A DNA stretch of 63,646 nt, counting the filler, from Lama guanicoe (Eukaryota), in assembly GCA_013239625.1 (NCBI GenBank). It is 166 parts of 166 records of this genome, joined end to end, with 100 filler letters (N's around TTAATTAATTAA, not from the genome) between each part and the next. Parts side by side here need not be neighbours in the genome. Positions count along the whole stretch, not along the records: positions 37,599 to 37,882 come from PNXV01053001.1; positions 37,983 to 38,266 come from PNXV01053002.1; positions 38,367 to 38,650 come from PNXV01053003.1; positions 38,751 to 39,034 come from PNXV01053004.1; positions 39,135 to 39,418 come from PNXV01053005.1; positions 39,519 to 39,802 come from PNXV01053006.1; positions 39,903 to 40,186 come from PNXV01053007.1; positions 40,287 to 40,570 come from PNXV01053008.1; 158 more parts are not named here. One strand, 5' to 3'. Made by a program: the position numbers and the translations under genes. The notes under the pieces were generated by a model. It worked only from the letters and a program-made list of their open reading frames with translations, made no database searches and was not told the origin of the DNA. Numbering within the stretch: position 1 is the stretch's first letter; every line of letters begins with the position of its first letter. Positions 37,499 to 50,174 of the stretch are shown here, one piece after another.

Positions 37499-37982
37499 NN
37501 NNNNNNNNNNNNNNNNNNNNNNNNNNNNNNNNNNNNNNNNNNTTAATTAATTAANNNNNNNNNNNNNNNNNNNNNNNNNNNNNNNNNNNNNNNNNNNNTC
37601 CTATAGCTCCAGAATTTCTGTTTGGTTCTCTTTTATGATTTTTATCCATTTGTGAATTTTCTCATTTTATTCCTGTGTTGTTTTCCTGATTTCATTGAGT
37701 TGTCTTCCTGTGTTTCCTTGTAGCTTGTTGAGTATCCTCAGTACAGCTATTTCCAATTCTTTATCAACTGCACACAAAATTCTGTGCCTTTCAGTTCAGT
37801 TATTGGAAGACTGCTCTCTTTTGGGGATGACATTTTTCCTAGATTTTTTGTGTTCCCTGTAGTTTTGCTTTGCTCTTTTCTCNNNNNNNNNNNNNNNNNN
37901 NNNNNNNNNNNNNNNNNNNNNNNNNNTTAATTAATTAANNNNNNNNNNNNNNNNNNNNNNNNNNNNNNNNNNNNNNNNNNNN

Positions 37983-38266
37983 CAGTATAATACTCAGTGG
38001 TGAAAAACTGGAAGCCTTCCCACTGCAATAAAGAACAAGACAAGGATGCCTACTCTTATGACTTGTATTCAACATAGTCTTGGAATTCCTAGCTACAGCA
38101 GTAGGCAAGAAGAAGAAATAAAAGGATCCAAATTGGAAGAGAAGAGATAAAATTGTCACTATATTCAGATGACAAGATACTACTATATATAGAAAACCCT
38201 AAAGGCTCCACACAAAAGCTACTAGAACTGATAAAAGAATTTGGGAAGGTAGCAGGATACAAGATT
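37983..38266 (+). mobile_element. LINE-1 ORF2 RT core fragment
   Basis: GAACAAGACAAGGATGCC..TATTCAACATAGTCTTGGAA..TCACTATATTCAGATGAC (degenerate FADD region). Confidence 0.92.
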
Positions 38267-38750
38267 NNNNNNNNNNNNNNNNNNNNNNNNNNNNNNNNNN
38301 NNNNNNNNNNTTAATTAATTAANNNNNNNNNNNNNNNNNNNNNNNNNNNNNNNNNNNNNNNNNNNNAATCTAATTATCTTGAATCCTTGCAGTATCAGCC
38401 AAACAAGCAAACAAACAAAAATGCTTAAGGAGTCTCCAAAATAACATTTTTCTTATTTAATTTTTAGCAGTATCGGTGAAATCACTGTGTCTTTCGCAAG
38501 TGACATATTTATATTACTTACTGAACCCAGTCCTTGAAAACCAAAAATTCTGTTTTTCTCTGTTAACCTCAAAAAGTTAAATTACTTGGAAAGTGGTACT
38601 GTTTTAACTTTTGGTAGTGCTAATAGGTAAGAAAATGGAAAATATCACCTNNNNNNNNNNNNNNNNNNNNNNNNNNNNNNNNNNNNNNNNNNNNTTAATT
38701 AATTAANNNNNNNNNNNNNNNNNNNNNNNNNNNNNNNNNNNNNNNNNNNN

Positions 38751-39034
38751 TATTTTCTGTTTCTTCCTGGTTCAGTCTTGGGAGATTGCACCTTTCTAAG
38801 AATCTGTCCACTGTCTATTGGTTGGAACATTTATTCCATTTACACTTAAGGTAATTATTGATACATATGTTCTTATTGACATTTTGTAAATTGTTTTGGA
38901 TTTGTGTTTGCAGACTCAGTTCTGCAAGATACAGGATCATAGTTTTCTTGCTTCTGGTGTCTGCCACCTGGTAGGTAGGCTGGTCTAGAGGCTCATGCAG
39001 GCTTCCTAGTGGGAGGGGCCGGTGTCTGCCCACA
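38751..39034 (-). mobile_element. Internally deleted LINE-1 joining 5' UTR, ORF2 start and mid-ORF2
   Basis: Three normally distant L1 segments juxtaposed, junctions near 38908 and 38810. Confidence 0.75.
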
Positions 39035-39166
39035 NNNNNNNNNNNNNNNNNNNNNNNNNNNNNNNNNNNNNNNNNNNNTTAATTAATTAANNNNNNNNNN
39101 NNNNNNNNNNNNNNNNNNNNNNNNNNNNNNNNNNTTACAGTCTGTTTCTTGGCGTGATACCAACAG

Positions 39167-39340
39167 GCTGTACAATGCCAGAAAGAAGTATGTGTCACCG
39201 TCCTGCTGGAATACAGAGCTGACCCAAATCTTGAGGACAACTGTCAAAACACTGCTCTCCATTACGCCGTCTTGGCTGGAGATACGTCAATTGCAGCAAA
39301 GCTGCTCCGCTATAATGCAAATATCGAGGCGATAGACAAG
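39167..39340 (+). CDS. Ankyrin-repeat exon of ANKRD26 family (ANKRD26/ANKRD7/POTE-like)
   Basis: caacag acceptor, 174-bp open exon AVQCQKEVCVTVLLEYRADPNLEDNCQNTALHYAVLAGDTSIAAKLLRYNANIEAIDK, gtatag donor. Confidence 0.9.
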
Positions 39341-39699
39341 GTATAGCTCAACTGACTTTATTTACAAGTTATTTGAAATACAGGGTCTTTTCTAGCTACA
39401 GGTGTTTTATTTATAGTANNNNNNNNNNNNNNNNNNNNNNNNNNNNNNNNNNNNNNNNNNNNTTAATTAATTAANNNNNNNNNNNNNNNNNNNNNNNNNN
39501 NNNNNNNNNNNNNNNNNNAACTGTATATAAAATAGATACCACTCTCATCTTTAGTGTAGAAATAAGAAAAATAACACTTGGAAAGTAACTTTCCAAAGAT
39601 CAATATGTCACACGTGTGACAAAGATGGGTATAGAAGACTCTTGGGAAAAATAGGAGAAGCCAACTTGACACATATTTGTAATGTGTAACCCAATTTTA

Positions 39700-39802
39700 T
39701 TTTACCGTTACCACAGGCTGGGGAGCTTAAACCACAGAAATTTATTTTTAACAGTTTTGGAGGCTGAGAAGTCTGAGATCAGGGCACCAGCAAGCTTGGG
39801 TT
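39700..39802 (-). mobile_element. MLT1/MST LTR fragment
   Basis: TACCACAGGCTGGGGAGCTTAAACCACAGAAATTTATTTT..GGAGGCTGAGAAGTCTGAGATCAGGGCACCAGCA. Confidence 0.8.
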
Positions 39803-41438
39803 NNNNNNNNNNNNNNNNNNNNNNNNNNNNNNNNNNNNNNNNNNNNTTAATTAATTAANNNNNNNNNNNNNNNNNNNNNNNNNNNNNNNNNNNNNNNNNN
39901 NNTTCAATACACCAAATCTGTATTTATTAAATAATAGCCACTTAACAAATTATGAAATAAAAAGAAAAGACATTTACTGAAAGTAAAACTAAACATATTG
40001 AAAACAAAAGTAAGATAAGCATTGAGATGATTTGTCAACATAAATGATTTTCCTCCTTTGTAAATATCTTCAAGGTAATACACCGGAACTGTGTTATCTT
40101 GTTATGAACATACTCTTCTACTTAATTCACCTATAAAAATAATAAACTTCCCATGACAGATTTGGTCAAATATATTATAATTTTTTNNNNNNNNNNNNNN
40201 NNNNNNNNNNNNNNNNNNNNNNNNNNNNNNTTAATTAATTAANNNNNNNNNNNNNNNNNNNNNNNNNNNNNNNNNNNNNNNNNNNNACTGAGTTATAGTC
40301 AGTTTACAATAAATGCACAGTCTTGAAGACCTAAAATATCCAAGTTAAAAAAAAATGGAGTTCCTTAAGAACTTCCGTAGCAAAAGCAAGCCTGGTTGAA
40401 AAAGTCCTTTTACATGTTATCTCACTCCGATTTGTTTTTCACAGCTACAGAAGCCCTATTTATAGGGACGGATTGCATTATGTATGTTTTACAGATGATA
40501 AAACTGATATTCAGAGAGCTAACATTTAAAGCCACCATAAGCCTCAGCCCCAAGATATGAAGGTTCATTTNNNNNNNNNNNNNNNNNNNNNNNNNNNNNN
40601 NNNNNNNNNNNNNNTTAATTAATTAANNNNNNNNNNNNNNNNNNNNNNNNNNNNNNNNNNNNNNNNNNNNGGCAGGCAGTGCGGCCCGGGCACCGCTGCC
40701 CGGTGCGCCGGCCCGCCCTCCGCTTCCACCTCCGCCGCCTGCCCAGCGTGCTGCCCGAGCGTGTGGGGAAGCTGCTGCTGGTGGCCACAACTGTAGAAAT
40801 GACCTTGACAACCGAAGGGCTGCCTGGGCCCACTCTCAGCCCTCAGGGTGATGGCCCTGAGCCTCCCGCTCCTGGGCCAGAGCCCACGCCCAGCAGAAAC
40901 CAAGCAGCAGAAGGCCCTCGCCTGACCCCGAAGCCAGTCCTGATCCTCTTCGTGNNNNNNNNNNNNNNNNNNNNNNNNNNNNNNNNNNNNNNNNNNNNTT
41001 AATTAATTAANNNNNNNNNNNNNNNNNNNNNNNNNNNNNNNNNNNNNNNNNNNNATCAATGTTTCCTTTGTCTTTTACTGTTGTGTAGTTTTCTTTTGCG
41101 TAGGTCTTGAAAAAGAAAACGTGTTTAACCATCCACCCTTTGAAGGATGTTTGGGTTGTTTCTTCCTTTATGGAATTCAGAAAAGAGGGAATAGAATCAT
41201 TCACGTACATGTTTTGTGTGAATATATTTTTATTACGCTGGGGTAAATAATGCACTGTCTTATGGAAAGTATACAGTTAAACTTTCAAAAAGCTCCTAAC
41301 TATTTTGCAGACAAACCCAGATGTATCATCTTTAATTTNNNNNNNNNNNNNNNNNNNNNNNNNNNNNNNNNNNNNNNNNNNNTTAATTAATTAANNNNNN
41401 NNNNNNNNNNNNNNNNNNNNNNNNNNNNNNNNNNNNNN

Positions 41439-41722
41439 TTGTCAATTTCTCCCTTTATGTCTGTTAATTGCTCTGTATATTTAGATGCTCCTATATTAGG
41501 TGCATGTATCTTCCTGAATGTTATATTCTTCTTGTATGGATCCCTTTATCAGTATACAGTGCTCTTCTTTGTTTTAAAATCTGATATGAATATTGCTCCC
41601 CAAGCTGTCTTTTCATTTACATTTGCATGAAATATTTTTTCCATCCCTTCATTTTCAGTCTGTGTGTTTAGTTCAGAAGTGAATCTCTCATAAGCAGCAT
41701 ATAGACTGATTCCATTTTTTTT
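41439..41722 (-). mobile_element. LINE-1 ORF2 endonuclease fragment
   Basis: GATGCTCCTATATTAGGTGCAT..TTTACATTTGCATGAAATATTTTTCCATCCCTTCATTTTCAGTCTGTGTG. Confidence 0.88.
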
Positions 41723-42206
41723 NNNNNNNNNNNNNNNNNNNNNNNNNNNNNNNNNNNNNNNNNNNNTTAATTAATTAANNNNNNNNNNNNNNNNNNNNNN
41801 NNNNNNNNNNNNNNNNNNNNNNTTTCCTACAAACAAAGGCCTTTCCCTGCGTAACCTCCATACAGCCCTCAAAATCGGGAAATCACTGCTTATGTGCTGT
41901 TATTGAATGAGAAGCGACATTCGGGTCTTTCCCATTGTCCCAGTGATGCCCGCTGTCCCCGGGTACACTGAACACTGGGTCTTTACTCTCCTTCAACCTG
42001 GAGCAGTTCTTCAAACTTCTTGAATTTCCTAACCTTGACATCTTTAAAGATACAAGTGAGTTGTTTTGCAAAATAAAAATTAAGTTTTTCTAATATTTCT
42101 TCATGANNNNNNNNNNNNNNNNNNNNNNNNNNNNNNNNNNNNNNNNNNNNTTAATTAATTAANNNNNNNNNNNNNNNNNNNNNNNNNNNNNNNNNNNNNN
42201 NNNNNN

Positions 42207-42490
42207 ATGAAATCATGCCATTTGCAACAACATGCATGGGCCCAGAGATTATCATACTGAATGAGGTAAGTTGGAAAGAGAAAGACAAATCCGAGGTGAT
42301 ATCACTTAATATGTAGACTCTAAACTATGACACCAATGAACTTATTTAAGAAACAGAAACAGACTCACAGATGTAGAAAACAAACTGATGGCTGCCAAAT
42401 GAGAAAGGTGGTGGAGGAGGGATAAGTTAGCAGTTTGGGATTAGCAAATACAAACTACTGCATATAAAATAGATAAATGACAAGGTCCCA
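42207..42490 (+). mobile_element. LINE-1 ORF2 end / 3' UTR fragment
   Basis: ATGAAATCATGCCATTTGCAACAACATG..AAACAGAAACAGACTCACAGA..TTTGGGATTAGCAAATACAAACTACT. Confidence 0.9.
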
Positions 42491-45400
42491 NNNNNNNNNN
42501 NNNNNNNNNNNNNNNNNNNNNNNNNNNNNNNNNNTTAATTAATTAANNNNNNNNNNNNNNNNNNNNNNNNNNNNNNNNNNNNNNNNNNNNTTGGGAATGT
42601 TACTTAATGGGACTTTATGGGAAAGTTACTATGCCTCTGTTCCTCATCTATAAACTGGCAATACTATTAGTACATACTTCTTAAGTGTTGTGCAATTTGT
42701 AATTAGAAATATATAAATATATTTGGTCTTTGTCCCCATTTTCTGACACACAGCTCCTAAAACCACTGGAATCTATGAAGTGGTATTTCTTTTTTATGCT
42801 AATGAGATGACTGGTGACTTGGGGTTCCTGGGTAGCCTCCTGATTGAAGCTGGTTGCCAGGAAAACTAACCACANNNNNNNNNNNNNNNNNNNNNNNNNN
42901 NNNNNNNNNNNNNNNNNNTTAATTAATTAANNNNNNNNNNNNNNNNNNNNNNNNNNNNNNNNNNNNNNNNNNNNCCCCCGCTGCCCTTGACAGCGCAGCG
43001 CCTGCTTTCCGGGGGCAGGCTGACCTGTAACCGGAGTTCTGGGAACCTGGAGCAGCAGAGGTGGAGGCCAGGACAGGCCCCGTGGGAGTTTGTAGGAAAT
43101 CCACAGGCTCGCATAGACAGACTTCCTAAAGCCGCCTCTGCCCCCGCTGCCTGCCCTCCTCGAGTGGGCAGGCTTACCTGGGGATGTGCCTGTGGTAGCA
43201 AAGGCCACCCCTCCTCCCCCGACCCTGCCGCCTGTGAGATGTGGGCAATCAACCCGCTNNNNNNNNNNNNNNNNNNNNNNNNNNNNNNNNNNNNNNNNNN
43301 NNTTAATTAATTAANNNNNNNNNNNNNNNNNNNNNNNNNNNNNNNNNNNNNNNNNNNNTTTTTTTCATTGTGAAAGGAGACACTATTATTAATTCAAGGA
43401 CCACAGAGTGAAGTGGGATTGTTCCAGTAAACAGGGATTTATAGTCACCCTGAATATGAGGAGCAAATCCTGACGTTTTTGTCCTCATTCCATTTGTCAT
43501 TTCTAGAGTTCGAGCTGTCATCCTCTCTTCTAAAGAGCACGTATCACCATGCTCTCCGTAAAAACTCAACTTTGCCTTCCCCCTGCCTGCTCTGTCTTCC
43601 CCCTCCTGGTGGTCAAAATGCAACTTGTTAGTGAGGTTCACGNNNNNNNNNNNNNNNNNNNNNNNNNNNNNNNNNNNNNNNNNNNNTTAATTAATTAANN
43701 NNNNNNNNNNNNNNNNNNNNNNNNNNNNNNNNNNNNNNNNNNCTTCTGGGGCCCCTAGCTGGGTTTTGGGAGACCCTGTGGTCTGCCCCAGATGGCCCTA
43801 ACCTGAGCCACTTGCCTTAAACTTATGGGGCACATAAATTTTAACTGCTCTTTGGTTACATGACAGACCCAAATTTTTCCAGCAGATTTTACATCAGTCT
43901 ATTCTGCTCCTGTCCCCAAGCTGGCTGTGGCCCTGTTGTTTTGGCACCCTCTACTCCCCATGGAGGACCTGGCACAGAGCCTGCTGATGGAGGGGGAAAC
44001 CTGGGGTTCTGTTCCAGGGTCTCCTGNNNNNNNNNNNNNNNNNNNNNNNNNNNNNNNNNNNNNNNNNNNNTTAATTAATTAANNNNNNNNNNNNNNNNNN
44101 NNNNNNNNNNNNNNNNNNNNNNNNNNGGGAGAAATAAATGTTTGTTTTGTAAGCCACACAGTCTATGGTAATTTGTTATAGCAGCCTGGGCTAAGACAAA
44201 CCACGATGCTCCTTACTCTCATTGTATGTACTTGAATTCTGGTGTTTAAATGCCAACACCTGGCCTCCGTGTGTCTGGGTTTTTCATTCCCCAATACTAT
44301 CAAGGCATCCATTTCTGCAGTGGTGGATCACACCTTCTGTACTTGCCTACAACAGAGATGGCACCACTGAACTTAAGGATGATGGGAATTCCTCTCACCA
44401 GTGAATACTCNNNNNNNNNNNNNNNNNNNNNNNNNNNNNNNNNNNNNNNNNNNNTTAATTAATTAANNNNNNNNNNNNNNNNNNNNNNNNNNNNNNNNNN
44501 NNNNNNNNNNATTTGAGAACCTTTGAGACCAGGTTTCTACCCCAAAACATTGTGTGTAAGCCTTTAACCATTCCCAACTCCTCTTACTTGTTTTGGCCAT
44601 GCAGCTCATGCACAATCCAACCTCTGGCTCATTTTCAATATGTTAGGTGAATCAAAGTGGTATGGTGTTTGGTGCAGCCCCAAGAATGAAGGGTTTGGGT
44701 GCTCCTCAGCTTGGTTGGCACTCGTCTGTCCGAGGGCTGTGGATAGATTTATATTGCTGAAACGCCCAAAACAGATGGTGTCTCCCTGATTCCTNNNNNN
44801 NNNNNNNNNNNNNNNNNNNNNNNNNNNNNNNNNNNNNNTTAATTAATTAANNNNNNNNNNNNNNNNNNNNNNNNNNNNNNNNNNNNNNNNNNNNTGCACA
44901 CCTGGCCCTGGACAGCTGTGGCCGGGGCGCCGGGGCAGGTGGCTCCCTGGGGGCCTGGCCGGAGCAATTCAGCTGAACACACGCTGACTGGCGCCCCGGG
45001 GGGCTGCGACAGGCGGACCGCCCTCCCGCAGCAGCCTGACCCCTTTCCCGGGAGCCACACTCCTTGCACTTCCGCAGCAAGAGGCTCCGGCCCCAGGCAG
45101 GAGACAAAGGCCTACAGGGCAACAGAGCTAAGAAGCCTTTGGGCCGATCCCAGGCTCGGAGATAGAGCTTCCAACGGGNNNNNNNNNNNNNNNNNNNNNN
45201 NNNNNNNNNNNNNNNNNNNNNNTTAATTAATTAANNNNNNNNNNNNNNNNNNNNNNNNNNNNNNNNNNNNNNNNNNNNTCTGTGCAAAGTATTACCTGAT
45301 GTCAAAAATTATAATATACATGCAATTATTGTTTCTTTGAAATAGATACCATCAAAGATCCAGGATAAACATATACAAAGAAACAAATTTCAAAAGTACT

Positions 45401-46199
45401 TTCCACTTGCGCTGAATCCCTCCAGCATATTTGGGTTCAATGGAACTTGATCATTCAGACATAAGAACTTAGTGTGAGCTTCCGTGGATGTGAGCTCTGT
45501 GGTAGGTGTTGTGCGTGTAGAAACTGATAGAGGTGGGGTTTGTCGCCACTCACGGGCCCTCTGNNNNNNNNNNNNNNNNNNNNNNNNNNNNNNNNNNNNN
45601 NNNNNNNTTAATTAATTAANNNNNNNNNNNNNNNNNNNNNNNNNNNNNNNNNNNNNNNNNNNNCAATGGTACAAGAACTGAGGACAGAGACAGTTCAGTT
45701 GGGATCACCGTTCCCAGATCCTTAGGAAGCCGGAGTTCTCTTCCCACGAGACTCTTCATCTGATTGGCTGAGAGGACAAGTGGGGTGCCTCTGGGGGCTC
45801 CATTAGCTTCTGGAGGAAATCACTGGATCCCCTGGGAAATGTGGAGCCCCGGGGGGAGCACAGACGAGTGAGTGGTGGTAAAACCTGGGTGTCCGGAACG
45901 AGGCCTCTCTCGAAGGATCGGATCTGAGAGGTTCCAGGTGGAGGAAGANNNNNNNNNNNNNNNNNNNNNNNNNNNNNNNNNNNNNNNNNNNNTTAATTAA
46001 TTAANNNNNNNNNNNNNNNNNNNNNNNNNNNNNNNNNNNNNNNNNNNNATGGCAATTGGTTAAAATAACACATGGCACATAGTAAGTGCTCAAAATATAG
46101 TAGCTATTTCTGTTATGATGTTGTGATATTATTATTATTATTGCTATTATTTTTTACAGTGTGGCAGGGCTGTGATAAGTACAATCTGTGTATTAGCTA

Positions 46200-46332
46200 A
46201 TGAATAATCTTATCAAATATGTGCTACCTCACCCCATTTTACAGACCAGGAAAACAAATTCAGAGAAGTTAAATAACTTGCCTGTGGTTAAATAGCTGAT
46301 ACGTGACAGAGACTGAATTTGAACTCTGGGAA
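46200..46332 (-). mobile_element. MIR SINE fragment
   Basis: CCCCATTTTACAGACCAGGAAAACAAATTCAGAGAAGTTAAATAACTTGCC..GAATTTGAACTC. Confidence 0.75.
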
Positions 46333-48742
46333 NNNNNNNNNNNNNNNNNNNNNNNNNNNNNNNNNNNNNNNNNNNNTTAATTAATTAANNNNNNNNNNNN
46401 NNNNNNNNNNNNNNNNNNNNNNNNNNNNNNNNGCCTCCAAAATCTGCAAAGGCACATCTGATAGAGGCTGTGTCTCTGTTTTGGTTGTAGGAGGGTCCAG
46501 GAGTAACAGCATGTTTCACCTCAGAAGGGGGATTTCAGCATGCCTCACACCGCTGGGCCTTCAGACATCTCACTGGGGTAGAGTGCCCCTGAATTTTCTC
46601 AGATTTATTTCTTATGCTCGGCCATGAGAATGTCTTGCCAGTGAGTCCAGAGTAGCTGTTTTGTCTTTCTCACTAGGTCCAGTCAGCATAATGTCACCAG
46701 GGTAATGAGCCAGTGTGNNNNNNNNNNNNNNNNNNNNNNNNNNNNNNNNNNNNNNNNNNNNTTAATTAATTAANNNNNNNNNNNNNNNNNNNNNNNNNNN
46801 NNNNNNNNNNNNNNNNNAAAAAAAATAGTTATTAGGTAGATATTAAATTAGGAATACATCCTCAGATATGGAAACTAGACACACATCAGGATAATCTCTC
46901 TTCTGAGTCAACTACTGCATGTTAAGGTTAATAAAAGAAAATAGAAATATAGATCAGCCCCCTGACTGTCCTCTAGTGTGTATGCCTGCTACAAATTCAA
47001 TGAAAGGAGGAGTAAGAATGGTGGGCACAGGATGTGACATTCATGCCATCCACCTTCTAGTTTAATGACGAAAAAACTCTCTCAATTCAAATGACTTCTG
47101 AANNNNNNNNNNNNNNNNNNNNNNNNNNNNNNNNNNNNNNNNNNNNTTAATTAATTAANNNNNNNNNNNNNNNNNNNNNNNNNNNNNNNNNNNNNNNNNN
47201 NNCGGCCCTCACAAGCACATACTTACGTGTGGCATCTTTGTCTGGAATTTCTTGCACCTAAGGGAGAGGGAGACAGGTGGTGAGGTCCCTCCTTGTCTCT
47301 GCAATTATGCACTCTCCCCTCCCAGCCCCACTCTGTGTAACAAGATTCCTGTGTCCTTCCTGCCAGTGGTCACGGGGCTCCGAGCTCACTGAGCGGCCCC
47401 TGTTGGGGCATCCACAAGTGACTGAGGTCAGACAGAGAAGAGAAGGTGTGCTTAGGACCGAATCTCCAAATTCTTGGGTCAGAGACCNNNNNNNNNNNNN
47501 NNNNNNNNNNNNNNNNNNNNNNNNNNNNNNNTTAATTAATTAANNNNNNNNNNNNNNNNNNNNNNNNNNNNNNNNNNNNNNNNNNNNCCCAAATTCTCAA
47601 CTGATTTTTGGGGACCATCCATCCTTTCCAACAGGGAAGTATCTGAGATCTAAGTACTCAGACAATTCACACAAAAGGAAATACAAATGGTTTTTAAAAA
47701 CCCCAAGCTTAGAATTTTACCTTGTTAGTAAGGAAAAATAAATAAAAGCGGTAACACCCATGACAAAAAAATAAAAATAACAGAAATCAGCATTTACAGA
47801 CTTACACACTTCTGGTGGGCTATATATGACATTCTATCAAGAAAGAACTGAGGCCATCAATTAAAAAAAAAANNNNNNNNNNNNNNNNNNNNNNNNNNNN
47901 NNNNNNNNNNNNNNNNTTAATTAATTAANNNNNNNNNNNNNNNNNNNNNNNNNNNNNNNNNNNNNNNNNNNNGATAAGGGACATCCATAAAAGGCTTTGT
48001 TATCCAAATTATCAATAAAAAAGAAGTTTCAAGTCAGCTCTGTAGCTGCTCACAAGTCTTAAGTTTCTTTAAAAGTCTATGTGTCAATATAAGACCTGAA
48101 TCCAACCCCAGTTAGTAGCCCTCTTTATCACATAATCTCACTGTCTATTTAAAACAATTTTCATTCATTTCTGTTGTGGGGAGATGAGCTGCTGATGCCT
48201 GCTCTGGGCCTTCTGGTCCCCATGTGGCCATCCTGCTGACACACTTCCTTGACCAACNNNNNNNNNNNNNNNNNNNNNNNNNNNNNNNNNNNNNNNNNNN
48301 NTTAATTAATTAANNNNNNNNNNNNNNNNNNNNNNNNNNNNNNNNNNNNNNNNNNNNATGAATCCAATCATGACTTACCAAATGTGCTTCCCCTGCCCCC
48401 AGCAGAGTATGTGTTTCAACAGAACATCCGTTACCACACGAGGTACTGAGGATGAGCTGTCTGGGTTTTAACGGCCGGCCCACGGAGGCAAAGCAGGACA
48501 GCTGTCAGGGCGGCTGCAGAGAGCCGCGGTCTGAGAGCCAGGGTGGGTCCGAGTGCTGACCCAGGAAGTTCTCCGGGACACGCCAGTTGGGGCGCGGAGG
48601 GGGAGGGGAGCTGAGTTGGGAGGCAAAGCTACTTCAGGCTGGNNNNNNNNNNNNNNNNNNNNNNNNNNNNNNNNNNNNNNNNNNNNTTAATTAATTAANN
48701 NNNNNNNNNNNNNNNNNNNNNNNNNNNNNNNNNNNNNNNNNN

Positions 48743-48781
<39 letters not shown>

Positions 48782-48783
<2 letters not shown>

Positions 48784-49025
48784 AGGGAGAACCCAACCAA
48801 CTTAAGAGCTCTTGCATAGCAAAGGAAACCATCAACAAAACAAAAAGACAACCTACAGAACAGGAGAAAATATTTCCAAACAATGCAACCAACAAGGGGT
48901 TAATATCCAAAATACACAAATAGCTTATATAACTCAGTATCAAAAAACAAACAATAGAATTTAAACAATCAATATAAGACTTATATAGACATTTCCCCAA
49001 AGAAGACAAACATGTGGCCAACAGG
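48782..49025 (+). mobile_element. LINE-1 ORF2 fragment preceded by ~39-nt poly(A) at contig edge
   Basis: TGCATAGCAAAGGAAACCATCAACAAAACAAAAAGACAACCTACAGAA..AAGGGGTTAATATCCAAAATA. Confidence 0.92.
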
Positions 49026-49125
49026 NNNNNNNNNNNNNNNNNNNNNNNNNNNNNNNNNNNNNNNNNNNNTTAATTAATTAANNNNNNNNNNNNNNNNNNN
49101 NNNNNNNNNNNNNNNNNNNNNNNNN

Positions 49126-49405
49126 CGTTCATCCAGCACAAAGGGAACGGGTTGCAGGAGAAACATTTATTCTGCTGTCTCAGACTGATTCCTAGTGCCG
49201 GATTGATGTTCCTGTAGTTTTCACTGTAAAACCGAGTTGGACGTTGAACATCCACATTCATATGCATGTTCTGGAGTTCTCAACTGAGAAGAAACTTTGC
49301 GTTCCATTCAAGCTAGGTGAAGGACGGCTTTTAAACACACTTATCACTCAGAAATCAGCATGGGGAGAGACGTTCTTTCATCCAGCACAAAGGGAACGGT
49401 TTGCA
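49126..49405 (+). repeat. 249-bp-period satellite (family shared with 12260-12541)
   Basis: TCCAGCACAAAGGGAACGG at 49132 and 49381; shares CAAGCTAGGTGAAG..ACGGCTTT and TTTTCACT..AAAACCGA with the other contig. Confidence 0.9.
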
Positions 49406-49611
49406 NNNNNNNNNNNNNNNNNNNNNNNNNNNNNNNNNNNNNNNNNNNNTTAATTAATTAANNNNNNNNNNNNNNNNNNNNNNNNNNNNNNNNNNNNNNN
49501 NNNNNATGTGCTCATGGTTACTCAGGTGCCATTGCTTCTGGGCCTTCTTAGCTGAAAAAGCAAGGAAATGTGTGTGTCTATGTTAATTTGTGCACATATA
49601 CATTTAAAAGC

Positions 49612-49790
49612 GTGGAATCAATTTTTCCCTAGAGCCTCCAGAAGGAACGCAGTTCTAATGACACCTTAATTTTCACTCCATAAGATCTGTTTTGGACTTC
49701 TGGCCTCCAAAAGTGTGAAAGAATACATTTGTGTTGGGTTGGGTCTCTAAGTTTGTGATAATTTATTACAGCAATAATAGGAAACAAACA
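49612..49790 (+). mobile_element. MLT1 (MaLR) LTR 3' part
   Basis: TTCCCTAGAGCCTCCAGAAGGAACGCAG..GACACCTT..TTTTGGACTTCTGGCCTCCA..GTTTGTGATAATTTATTACAGCA. Confidence 0.85.
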
Positions 49791-49892
49791 NNNNNNNNNN
49801 NNNNNNNNNNNNNNNNNNNNNNNNNNNNNNNNNNTTAATTAATTAANNNNNNNNNNNNNNNNNNNNNNNNNNNNNNNNNNNNNNNNNNNNCT

Positions 49893-50174
49893 AAACATGA
49901 ATTTCACGCTATTTGTGAATTGTTATTACAACAGCGAGAGAAATATGGTGGGTTATATTCTCAAAATGTCTCTGCGCTTGCCTGGTGCTCTATAAAAGTC
50001 ATGCACTCAGAATTCTTTTTCGATCTTAATGCTACAGAAAAGGAGGCTATAGACTTATACCATAAGGCCCCACCACAAGCAAAGCAACTAGACGCGGATA
50101 TTTCTGGACGTCTTACAGGACAATTCTATCAAATATGGGACCAATATATGTGGATCACCCCAGAAACTGGACAA
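49893..50174 (+). CDS. Uninterrupted ORF fragment resembling ERV1-class Env surface subunit
   Basis: 94 codons without stop; N-glycosylation sequons NVS and NAT; C-terminal YQIWDQYMWITPETGQ recalls a motif of ERV-PABLB-like Env proteins (from memory). Confidence 0.55.

Noticed and set aside
40671..40954. Pro-rich ORF spanning the contig
   Set aside because: Open frames are expected at this GC content; could not be assigned
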